From positions 1 through 63,537 of the forward strand of contig CAZGJQ010000001.1 of NCBI GenBank assembly GCA_964525815.1: a stretch of DNA of 63,537 nucleotides. Reading direction: 5' to 3'. Below are positions 27,301 to 33,749 of the stretch, one piece after another. The notes beneath the pieces were generated by a model that saw only the letters and a program-made list of their open reading frames with translations, made no database searches and was not told the origin of the DNA. Each line of letters starts with the position of its first letter. The stretch's first letter is position 1. A program made the position numbers and the translations under genes. The DNA comes from an uncultured Oscillospiraceae bacterium. GTDB lineage: Bacteria > Bacillota > Clostridia > Oscillospirales > CAG-382.

Positions 27301-30082
27301 CCAGGATTGGATTTGGAGAGACCCGGACAGACGACAGGAGCTTGTCACGAAGTACAACGAGCTTTTCAACTCCAATCGTCCCCGTGAGTACGACGGCTCT
27401 CATATCGTGTTCAGCGGTATGAACCCCGAAATCAAGCTCCGTGAACATCAGCTCAATGCCGTTGCTCACATTCTCTACGGCGGGAACACCTTGCTTGCAC
27501 ACGAAGTTGGCGCAGGCAAGACCTTTGAAATGGTCGCCGCCGCTATGGAAAGTAAACGCCTCGGTCTTTGTCAAAAGCCTTTGTTTGTCGTTCCCAACCA
27601 CTTGACCGAGCAATGGGCAAGTGAGTTCCTCCGTCTTTATCCGTCTGCCAATATTCTTGCCGCAACAAAAAAGGACTTTGAGCCGAGAAACCGCAAAAAG
27701 TTCTGCGGCAGAATTGCTACCGGCGACTACGATGCCATCATCATCGGACACAGCCAGTTTGAGCGTATTCCCGTATCCCAGGAACGACAGGAGCGACTTC
27801 TGCAGGAGCAGATTGCAGAGATTGAGGAGGGCTTGGAGGAACTGAAAGCCAGCCGAGCCGAACGCTTTACCATCAAATCCCTGGAGCGTACCAAAAAGGG
27901 CTTGGAGACGAGACTGCAGAAGCTCCAGGACAGCTCCCGCAAGGATGATGTAATCACCTTTGAACAGCTCGGCGTTGACCGTCTGTATGTGGACGAGGCG
28001 CACAATTACAAGAATTTGTTCCTCTACACGAAGATGCGAAACGTGGCAGGTCTCTCGACCACCGATGCACAGAAGTCCTCTGATATGCTTCTCAAATGCC
28101 GCTATATCGACGAGCTGACCGACAGCCGAGGCGTGATATTCGCAACGGGAACTCCCGTCTCTAACTCCATGACGGAGCTGTACACGATGATGCGATACCT
28201 GCAGCACGACACCATTCGCAACAAGGGATTGGCACACTTCGATTGTTGGGCATCCACTTTTGGAGAGACCACAACCGCCATTGAGCTTGCACCGGAGGGT
28301 ACGGGCTACCGAGCAAGAACACGATTTGCAAAGTTTTTCAATCTGCCCGAACTGATGAACCTGTTCAAAGAAGCGGCAGACATTAAGACAGCCGACCAGC
28401 TCAACCTACCGACCCCGACACCTATCTACCACAACGAAGTGGCACAGCCTACGGAAATCCAAAAGGCTATGGTGCAGGAGTTGTCCGAAAGAGCCGCTGC
28501 GGTTCATTCGGGTAAGGTTGACCCGTCCGTGGACAATATGCTTCGCATTACCTCAGACGGTCGCAAGCTCGGTCTCGACCAACGCATCATCAATCCAAAC
28601 CTTCCCGATGAGCCGACAAGTAAGGTCAATATGTGCGTGGATAACATTCATCGCATTTGGGAGGACGGTCACGCTGACAAGCTGACCCAGCTCGTGTTCT
28701 GTGATTTGAGCACACCGAAAAGCACAGCGACCAAGAGAGCTGCCAAAGCTCCTGCAGGAAATCTCGACAGCCCCGAAATCCGGGCATTGGAGCACCTTGC
28801 AGAAAAGGACGGCGGCACAGAGGAAGAACAGCGCTTCACCGTCTATGATGACATCCGAGACAAATTGGTGGAGCGTGGTATTCCGAGAGAACAGATTGCT
28901 TTCATTCACGAGGCAAATACCGAAGCCCGTAAAAAGGAATTGTTCAGCAAAGTCCGTTCCGGTCAAGTCCGTGTTCTTATGGGTTCCACCTTTAAGATGG
29001 GAGCCGGTATGAACGTCCAGGACAGGCTTATCGCACTCCACGACCTTGATGCACCCTGGAGACCCGGAGACCTTGAACAGCGTTCCGGTCGTATTATTCG
29101 CCAGGGCAATATGAACCCCGAAGTCCACATTTACCGCTATGTGACGGAGGCGACCTTCGATGCGTACCTTTGGCAGACCTTGGAGAACAAGCAGAAGTTT
29201 ATCTCGCAGATTATGACTTCCAAATCTCCCGTGAGAGCCTGCGATGACATTGACGAAACTGCACTTTCCTATGCGGAAATCAAAGCTCTGTGTGCCGGTG
29301 ATGAGCGAATTAAAGAGAAGATGGACCTGGATGTGGATGTTGCTCGTTTGAAGCTGATGAAGGCAAACCACCAAAGTCAGCAGTACCGCTTGGAGGACAA
29401 TCTGCTCCGTTATTTCCCCGAACAGATTGAGCAGAACAAGAAATTCATTGAAGGCTTCAATGCCGATATGAAAACTCTTGCAGAGCATCCTCACCCCGTT
29501 GACTGCTTTGCCGGTATGACAGTTAGGGGCGACGTGTTGACCGATAAGGAAAACGCAGGCGCAGCACTTGTTGATGCTTTCAAAGATGTTAAGGGACTTG
29601 ACCCTGTGCAGATTGGCACTTACCGAGGCTTTACGATGTCGCTCACCTTGGAGGACTTCGGGCGTGATTACGTTCTGACCCTCAAAGGACAGATGACCCA
29701 CCGTGTCACCCTCGGCAAAGACCCTCGTGGTAATTTGACAAGAATCGACAACGCTCTGAATGGTATGGCTGAACGCCTTAACACCGTTCAGGGCAAGCTC
29801 GACAGTCTCTATTCGCAGATGGAGACCGCAAAGCAGGAGCTTGGCAAGCCGTTCCCGCAGGAGGCAGAGCTGAAAGCGAAATCCGCAAGGCTGGCTGAAC
29901 TCAATATCGCTTTGAACATCGACGATAAGACCCCCCTTGAAGCTATGGCAGAGGAAGCTCCATCGAGAGCCGAGATTGCCAAATCCGCAAAACCGTCCGT
30001 CTTGCAAAAGCTCCATTCCTACGATAAGACGAGCAAGGCAGACCCGTTAGAACCGAAAAAATCCAAAGAGGAGGTACGCTGA
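21329..30082 (+). CDS. Giant polyvalent protein: ArdC-N-like ssDNA-binding, MutS-I-like, N6-adenine DNA methyltransferase and SNF2 helicase domains
   Basis: A single 2917-codon open frame with a TTG start 8 nt after GAAGGAGG. The domains are listed as separate features below. Confidence 0.85.
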   Translation: MPSKLDFYSQMADRTARQVTGSFGEWTAFLETMGRLYKYPFHEQLMIFAQKPNATACADYDLWNKQMGRYVRRGTKGIALIDTSGDNPRLKYVFDVSDTGGRENSRRLNLWEYKDEHQDTVTAALENRFGVSGEKGLADQLEKIASKLVTEYWNDNRRDILGILADSFLEEYDDYNVEVAFRNAATVSTTYTLMSRCGLNPGDYFEHEDFLSVFDFNTRDTIAALGTVISNTSEQVLRQIAVTVKNHEREASLQQQAERTQSYGEHIELHEERGLLYPESDADRDRDEAPGQVWQDAEAVPAGAQTGAVEPDDSVGEPVPASEGNRRDGEPQNGTDDARTDESERRDGGTESQRPDEVGGLDEQPQSASRRNNSRRTGSGITGQLTLFDVGLFPSEQEQISFIDEAESVKPAPFAFSFAQEDIDDVLRLASNSEHTRMNVAAAFQKQKPMDEIVSLLQKEYHGGAGLKSERGEFSVWYAEDGIHLAKGRTARYSKTAQVISWEDAAERIGQLMDEGKYATNVELAEAELHERTELSHKLWYIRGDLSDEAREQNVLGTLQDYRRGGFPDATARLAEDLKDPTFREMLSADYAAFMDAYKAERDVMRFHYHKPVEIWNALQDLDLPRRECTSDMAEVPKVGMFITEDEIDATLNRGSNVKGGKGRIYGYLTGSHNSKEKADFLKNEYGIGGSSHSVSGRGWIDSSGKGIRLQKPDCADVELNWNKVLTRFENLIRNGRYFTPEQKAKYEEMQTREGQFRKLMDAYNDIKHEHPDDIVLFQVGDFFETYGEDAKTAAKLLDLNLTTRPVAGAGRVEMCGIPAHTLEQSVEKLRATHGVTVSEFNGIVNEHISRSLPVLPAVEELSQEPEIEPVSVTEAPNESPPATVEAPVVSREITQAEIDEALQRWNGDIESKRSVVRYMADHARERDTAAWLSKEYGGDVSKPLHITVTGTDIDYEMSWAKVQRRVAQLIKEDRFYTQEEYDRLDDIDPVYIRAELAQRGIVNGELVEPEKLDNDPFIQQVNADVKSLSESVEAWEAEQEAKRNEAIARLTDEQQTFVEAMNVAGYVYQHNVGYSGEPIVFYANTDSYPISFANWNDAYDWIDNAELKLEPGLRDKVQAVLHPDEPPRMTDAEFAAEHLVPRESTYEIDGRRFIVDSVNLDFGSVSLQDVTFQNQTGFPIFRSESIEFMRRLVEISEAQCNAELPTEPKLESETVAFYSAEDNHLPYDVEIRTIKAVEPEPPTPKPELHNFQITDDHLGEDVVTANAGFSPKAKFRMNMDAINLLKELEFDGRQATPEEQVILSKYVGWGGLADAFDETKDNWKNEFAELYATLSPEEYAAARSSTLNAHYTSPTVIKAIYEAVGNMGFETGNILEPSMGVGNFFGCLPETMQNSKLYGVELDSITGRIAKQLYPKADITIAGFETTDRRDFYDLAIGNVPFGQYQVNDRAYNKLGFSIHDYFFAKALDQVRPGGVVAFVTSRYTMDKQSPEVRKYIAQRAELLGAIRLPNNAFKANAGTEVVSDIIFLQKRDRPIEIEPDWVHLGKNDDGFAINSYFIDNPEMVLGRQTSESTQYGKQDFTVEPYEGLDLSVQLKYAIQNIKGTYTEAELPELGDGEAIDTSIPADPNVKNYSYTVVDGDVYYRENSRMVKPELNATATERVKGMVELRDCVQKLIGQQMDGFVSDATIRETQRELNDLYDKFTAKHGLINSRGNALAFADDSSYYLLCSLEVLDEDNNLKRKADMFTKRTIKPSEVVTSVDTAAEALAVSIAEKARVDMEYMSSLTGKSEEELASDLRSVIYMDFNRKPDGPYTWRTADDFLSGNVREKLAYYQKALDLLPEDANHRNEIADNVEALKMAQPKDLDASEIEVRLGATWIDKSYIQQFMVETFEPPYYLRRSIEVNYSPFSAEWNITGKSQPSYSDVNAYMTYGTDRANAYKILEDTLNLRDVRIYDTVTDPDGKERRVLNSKETTLAQQKQQAIKDAFQDWIWRDPDRRQELVTKYNELFNSNRPREYDGSHIVFSGMNPEIKLREHQLNAVAHILYGGNTLLAHEVGAGKTFEMVAAAMESKRLGLCQKPLFVVPNHLTEQWASEFLRLYPSANILAATKKDFEPRNRKKFCGRIATGDYDAIIIGHSQFERIPVSQERQERLLQEQIAEIEEGLEELKASRAERFTIKSLERTKKGLETRLQKLQDSSRKDDVITFEQLGVDRLYVDEAHNYKNLFLYTKMRNVAGLSTTDAQKSSDMLLKCRYIDELTDSRGVIFATGTPVSNSMTELYTMMRYLQHDTIRNKGLAHFDCWASTFGETTTAIELAPEGTGYRARTRFAKFFNLPELMNLFKEAADIKTADQLNLPTPTPIYHNEVAQPTEIQKAMVQELSERAAAVHSGKVDPSVDNMLRITSDGRKLGLDQRIINPNLPDEPTSKVNMCVDNIHRIWEDGHADKLTQLVFCDLSTPKSTATKRAAKAPAGNLDSPEIRALEHLAEKDGGTEEEQRFTVYDDIRDKLVERGIPREQIAFIHEANTEARKKELFSKVRSGQVRVLMGSTFKMGAGMNVQDRLIALHDLDAPWRPGDLEQRSGRIIRQGNMNPEVHIYRYVTEATFDAYLWQTLENKQKFISQIMTSKSPVRACDDIDETALSYAEIKALCAGDERIKEKMDLDVDVARLKLMKANHQSQQYRLEDNLLRYFPEQIEQNKKFIEGFNADMKTLAEHPHPVDCFAGMTVRGDVLTDKENAGAALVDAFKDVKGLDPVQIGTYRGFTMSLTLEDFGRDYVLTLKGQMTHRVTLGKDPRGNLTRIDNALNGMAERLNTVQGKLDSLYSQMETAKQELGKPFPQEAELKAKSARLAELNIALNIDDKTPLEAMAEEAPSRAEIAKSAKPSVLQKLHSYDKTSKADPLEPKKSKEEVR
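21440..21620 (+). other. ArdC-N-like ssDNA-binding domain of the polyvalent protein
   Basis: YPFHEQLMIFAQKPNATACADYDLWNKQMGRYVRRGTKGIALI parallels the ArdC-N motif of the protein encoded at 17310. Confidence 0.5.
22116..22472 (+). CDS. tnpV: TnpV-family ORF nested out of frame inside the polyvalent gene
   Basis: The 118-aa ORF (MENTLNYTKNGDYFIPNLTLTETETKPLGKYGRMRKQYLQEHRPVLWNQM...GVTEELKASDPMKWVGLMNNLKAQAEE) matches the TnpV family of Tn4451-type elements along its whole length as I recall it. AAAGGA lies 9 nt upstream of the ATG, and third codon positions are strongly G/C-biased. Confidence 0.6.
   Translation: MENTLNYTKNGDYFIPNLTLTETETKPLGKYGRMRKQYLQEHRPVLWNQMILSESLYPHLREIDETANRRMEQMMPELMKANGVTEELKASDPMKWVGLMNNLKAQAEETILAELVLA
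23645..23842 (+). other. MutS domain I-like module of the polyvalent protein
   Basis: DDIVLFQVGDFFETYGEDAKTAAKLLDLNLTTR...VEMCGIPAHTLEQSVEKLRATHGVTV resembles the MutS N-terminal mismatch-binding domain. Confidence 0.6.
25370..25935 (+). other. N6-adenine DNA methyltransferase domain of the polyvalent protein
   Basis: AdoMet motif ILEPSMGVGNFFG and catalytic motif GNVPFG (25643-25660). Confidence 0.75.
27440..29110 (+). other. SNF2-family helicase domain of the polyvalent protein
   Basis: Motif I LAHEVGAGKTFEM, motif II YVDEAHNYKN and the helicase-C motif LEQRSGRIIRQGN. Confidence 0.8.
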
Positions 30083-30084
30083 TT

Positions 30085-30570
30085 ATGGATAGCGAGAAGA
30101 TAAATGTGCTCGTGGTTGAACCGGAGAAAAAGCCGTATATGAAAGAAATTTCATCGGAGCTTTCTTCTCTGCAGCACGAGGTCGGCGGCTATATTCAAGC
30201 CGTTTATCCCTATGATGAGCCTGTCGCCATTATTTGCGACGAAGAAGCGAAACTGAAAGGAAGCGAACTGAACCGTGTGCTCCGTGACGAGGACGGCAAA
30301 ATCTATGATGTGATTGCCGGCACATTCCTTGTCGTGGGTTTGGGCGAGGAGGATTTCTCCTCGCTCACTCCCGAACACGCAAAGCAGTTCAAGGAAAAGT
30401 TTGACACACCCGAAATGTTTATGCGGCTCAATGGCAAGCTGGTTATGATTCCTATGGAGGAAGAAAGAGTAAAAGCAAAGAAGCCGTCCGTGCTTCAAAA
30501 GCTCAACGATATGAAAACATTGGATGCCCCTTCTGCCGTTAAGAAGCCCCACGCAAAGGAGGAACGCTGA
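30085..30570 (+). CDS. DUF3846 domain protein
   Basis: INVLVVEPEKKPYMKEISSELSSLQHEVGGYIQAVYPYDEPVAIICDEEAKLKG is typical of DUF3846. It has a strong SD. Confidence 0.75.
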   Translation: MDSEKINVLVVEPEKKPYMKEISSELSSLQHEVGGYIQAVYPYDEPVAIICDEEAKLKGSELNRVLRDEDGKIYDVIAGTFLVVGLGEEDFSSLTPEHAKQFKEKFDTPEMFMRLNGKLVMIPMEEERVKAKKPSVLQKLNDMKTLDAPSAVKKPHAKEER

Positions 30571-31391
30571 TGACCAACGAAGAACTGAACACGGCATTGT
30601 ATGAAAAACTCTTTGCCGAGCAACAGGACTTCAAAGGGTGGCTGGTAAAACAGCCACCCGAAGAAATCCTCAAACACGCCTACGAGTATGTTATCCGTGA
30701 GGATATTGTTATCGAGATGGAGTACCACGACTTGACCGACGATGAGGCGAAAGCTCTGCTTGCCGATGAAAAGCCCCTGCAGGCTATCTTCTCTGTATAT
30801 GAAAATATCGAGGGCGGTCATATGGACGAAATCCGAGATTGTATTGAATCCAGGGCAAAGACCTGTATAGAAAATCAGCGTGAAGCCCTCCGCAATCTTC
30901 CCGTGTATATCTTCTCTGCGACCTTTGCTAAAGGACACGGAGAGCTTGAAGAATACCGAGCCTCGTTCAAGGCGAATGTTGCTTGCAGGGATGCCATCGA
31001 GGATGCGATTGCAAGCCACTACGCAGATAACCGTTTGGACGGTTCCTGTGTGCAGGAGGTCGTTGACCGTTTCGGTGCGGAGCGTGTTTCTTTCGTTCTT
31101 GCCAACACCATACAGCACAAGGATTGGGATGGGAGTATTTCTCCGCAGAATAAGGAGTGGGCAAAAGCCGAGCCTGTCCCGAATGACTTCGATGCCTGGA
31201 ACAACAAAAAAACCTTGGAGTATTCCTGCAACAAGGCTCACCCTGGTCTTATCAATCTGTTCGTCAATCGGTTCAGAAAGGAACAGGAGCTTGAAAAAGC
31301 AAAGAAGCCGTCTGTGCTGAAAAAGCTCCACGAGGCAAAAGCGGATGTGCCGAAAAAGTCTCCGAGCAAAACAAAGGAGGCTGAATTGTAA
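30570..31391 (+). CDS. DUF3849 domain protein
   Basis: ASFKANVACRDAIEDAIASHY...VSFVLANTIQHKDWDGSISPQNKEWA is typical of DUF3849. It has a 1-nt overlap with the upstream gene. Confidence 0.7.
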   Translation: MTNEELNTALYEKLFAEQQDFKGWLVKQPPEEILKHAYEYVIREDIVIEMEYHDLTDDEAKALLADEKPLQAIFSVYENIEGGHMDEIRDCIESRAKTCIENQREALRNLPVYIFSATFAKGHGELEEYRASFKANVACRDAIEDAIASHYADNRLDGSCVQEVVDRFGAERVSFVLANTIQHKDWDGSISPQNKEWAKAEPVPNDFDAWNNKKTLEYSCNKAHPGLINLFVNRFRKEQELEKAKKPSVLKKLHEAKADVPKKSPSKTKEAEL

Positions 31392-31729
31392 TGGCAAATC
31401 GCAATCGCCCCGTTCAAGTGAAATTCCGTGTAACACCGGAAGAACGCAAAATGATTGACAGGCGTATGGAGCAAGCAGGCACGATGAACATGGCGGCATA
31501 TCTTCGCAAAATGGCTATCGACGGATATGTGGTCAAGCTGGAACTGCCGGAGCTACGTGATTTAATTTCCTTGCTCCGTCGTACCAGCAACAACTTCAAT
31601 CAGATTGCCCGCCGAGTAAACTCAACCGACCGCATCTATGCCGATGATATTGCCGAGATGAAAAATCTGCTGGAACAGATTTGGGAGGCAGACAACCGCA
31701 TCCTCGAAAAGCTCGCCGCCATCGACTGA
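31391..31729 (+). CDS. mobC: MobC family relaxosome accessory protein
   Basis: A 112-aa RHH-type N-terminus (VKFRVTPEERKMIDRRMEQAG) and LRRTSNNFNQIARRVN, the MobC signature. It has a TAATG overlap with the upstream gene. Confidence 0.85.
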   Translation: MANRNRPVQVKFRVTPEERKMIDRRMEQAGTMNMAAYLRKMAIDGYVVKLELPELRDLISLLRRTSNNFNQIARRVNSTDRIYADDIAEMKNLLEQIWEADNRILEKLAAID

Positions 31730-31795
31730 GCCGTGACATCCTTGCGAATTTTTCAAAGTCACGGTACAATAAAGTCAGAAAAGGAGGGATTTTCG

Positions 31796-32086
31796 ATGAA
31801 GTTCATTTTGAAGATATTGGCGGCACCTGTAATTGCAATCCTGGTAGTGTTCATCTGGTTGTGTGCCTTGCTGCTGAAATTGTCCGCCTGGGTGTTCGGC
31901 ATTGTGAGCACAATCCTCGGTGTGCTCGGTCTTGCGGTTCTGATTCTCGACAATGTGACCAACGGCATTATCATCTTAGTGTTTGCCTTCCTCGTAAGTC
32001 CCGTGGGCTTGCCAATGGTAGCAGCCTGGATGATTGGACAAATACAGAGATTTCGTTACTTCGTGCAGGATGCAATTTACGGATAA
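31796..32086 (+). CDS. Small three-TM membrane protein, hypothetical
   Basis: The ORF-track frame was trimmed to ATG 31796, which follows AAAGGAGGGA. The protein begins MKFILKILAAPVIAILVVFIWLCALLL... Confidence 0.6.
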   Translation: MKFILKILAAPVIAILVVFIWLCALLLKLSAWVFGIVSTILGVLGLAVLILDNVTNGIIILVFAFLVSPVGLPMVAAWMIGQIQRFRYFVQDAIYG

Positions 32087-32122
32087 TTCAACTTCGACAC
32101 AGGTTGTGTACAAGTTAATTTG

Positions 32123-32156
32123 AGACGGGTGTGGCTTTGGCTGTGCCCGTCTTTTA
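32123..32156 (+). terminator. Hairpin plus T-run immediately upstream of the relaxase SD (terminator, or possibly an oriT-associated repeat)
   Basis: AGACGGG (32123-32129) pairs with CCCGTCT (32146-32152), followed by TTTTACA. Confidence 0.35.
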
Positions 32157-32177
32157 CATAGGAGGAGGTGAACGACT

Positions 32178-33575
32178 ATCGCAACAACACGCATTATTCC
32201 CATGCACATTACCAAGGGCAAAACCCTTGCCCAGTCCATTTCAGACAGAACAGACTACGGCTTGAATCCCGAAAAGACGAATGACGGTGAATTGACATCT
32301 GCCTATGCCTGCGACCCTCGCTCCTTTGTAGCAGAGGTCTTAGTGTCGAAAAGGCAATACAAACATTTTACCGGCAAGGAAGAAAAGAACGATGTGCTCG
32401 TTTACCAGGTTCGCCAATCCTTCAAGCCGGGGGAAGTGACACCGGAAGAAGCAAATCAAATCGGTTATGATTTCGCCTCCCGCTTTCTCAAAGGAAAACA
32501 CGCTTTCTTTGTTTGCACGCACACAGATAAATCTCATATCCATAATCATATTTATTGGAACGCTGTCACGCTGGATTGCAAAAAGAAATTCAGAGATTTC
32601 CGCAGGTCGCACAGAGCCGTCTCCCGTCTGAGTGACCTTATCTGCACCGAACATCAGTTGTCGGTCATTGATAAACCGCAGCGTGGTGGCACAGCCTACA
32701 ATAAGTGGCACGGCTTTAAGGGAAAACCGTCCCATCGTGAATTGCTGCGGATTGCCATTGATGAAGCTCTGGAGCAGAAGCCCCATGACTTTGATGCGTT
32801 CCTTTCACTTCTTGCCGAACAGGGCTTCAAAGTGAAAAACGGAAAACACCTTACCTTTGTTCATCCCGACTTCAAGCAAAACATCCGAATGTACACTCTG
32901 GGCGATGAATACTCGGAGGATGCTGTTCGTGCTATCATCAAGGGGCAGAGAGTGCATCAGCCGAAGAAACGCAGAAAGGTATGGGACGCCAACAGACCGC
33001 AGAGCATTATCGACATTCAAGCCAAGCTCGCCGCAGGCAAGGGCGAGGGCTATCGTCGTTGGGCGACCGTTGAGAACCTGAAGCGTATGGCAAAGACAAA
33101 GCTCTATATGGATGAGCACGGTCTGGACTATGATGCAATGTCGGCTCGCAAATCCGAACTGGCAAAGAAAGAAAAAGAGCTTTCTGCGAAAATCACAGAA
33201 GCTCAAAATCGGATTGCCGAGGTCAATGTCCTAAAGACCCATATCGTCAATTATTCCAAAACAAGGGATGTGTACGTTGCCTACCGGAAGTCCGGTTACT
33301 CAAAAAAGTATTTGGAGGAACACGAGGATGACATCATCATCCACAAGGCGGCAAAGAAAGCATTTGACGAATTGGGCGTGAAGAAGCTCCCGACCATCAA
33401 GAGCCTGCAGGTGGAATTTGCCGAACTGCTTACCACGAAAAAAGAAGCGTATGCGGAACTGAAAAAAGTACGTGACGAGCTTCGTGACATTGCCGTTCAC
33501 ACGGCAAACTATGAAGAATTGCGTGACCTCGCTGAGCGAGATCCACGCAAAGAGAAAGAGCACGGTCGTGAATGA
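32178..33575 (+). CDS. Relaxase/mobilisation nuclease (PF03432-type, HxDxxxHxH motif), probable non-ATG start
   Basis: Histidine triad HTDKSHIHNHIYWN. The conserved relaxase N-terminus (I)ATTRIIPMHITKGKT extends 8 codons upstream of the first ATG (32202) to ATC 32178, which lies 9 nt after GGAGGAGG (32161-32168). An in-frame TGA is at 32169. Confidence 0.8.
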   Translation: MATTRIIPMHITKGKTLAQSISDRTDYGLNPEKTNDGELTSAYACDPRSFVAEVLVSKRQYKHFTGKEEKNDVLVYQVRQSFKPGEVTPEEANQIGYDFASRFLKGKHAFFVCTHTDKSHIHNHIYWNAVTLDCKKKFRDFRRSHRAVSRLSDLICTEHQLSVIDKPQRGGTAYNKWHGFKGKPSHRELLRIAIDEALEQKPHDFDAFLSLLAEQGFKVKNGKHLTFVHPDFKQNIRMYTLGDEYSEDAVRAIIKGQRVHQPKKRRKVWDANRPQSIIDIQAKLAAGKGEGYRRWATVENLKRMAKTKLYMDEHGLDYDAMSARKSELAKKEKELSAKITEAQNRIAEVNVLKTHIVNYSKTRDVYVAYRKSGYSKKYLEEHEDDIIIHKAAKKAFDELGVKKLPTIKSLQVEFAELLTTKKEAYAELKKVRDELRDIAVHTANYEELRDLAERDPRKEKEHGRE

Positions 33576-33660
33576 CCGTGCTCCATTAGCGTCGGAACGA
33601 TGCGTAGCCACAGATGAAATCTGTGTTAAAGGGGTTCGGGGATGTTTCCCAGACAAGCGA

Positions 33661-33699
33661 TTTATATGCCTCTGCTTCGGCAGGGGCATATAAATTTTT
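33661..33699 (+). terminator. Strong intrinsic terminator ending the transfer operon
   Basis: TTTATATGCCTCTGC / GCAGGGGCATATAAA forms a 15-bp stem (one G:T) with a TTCG loop, followed by TTTTT. An extra hairpin, GAGCACGGTC/GACCGTGCTC, lies at 33558-33583 over the stop codon. Confidence 0.7.
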
Positions 33700-33749
33700 G
33701 CACGAGTGGGTACCGCCGTGCCCTGCTTGCCAAGTATGTTTGCCTCGTA

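Noticed and set aside
25319-28237. Very long antisense ORFs opposite recognised genes: 972 aa at 25319-28237(-), 487 aa at 28553-30016(-), 365 aa at 13218-14315(-), 304 aa at 17250-18164(-), 283/264 aa at 8336-10009(-), 221 aa at 15622-16287(-), and the plus-strand ORFs at 35927-36718, 43248-44027 and 47875-48693.
   Set aside because: Each lies fully inside a gene with clear family motifs on the other strand. Their translations are low-complexity, with odd composition (V/L/R/H-rich), and they lack SD/start context. They are typical shadow ORFs of codon-biased genes.
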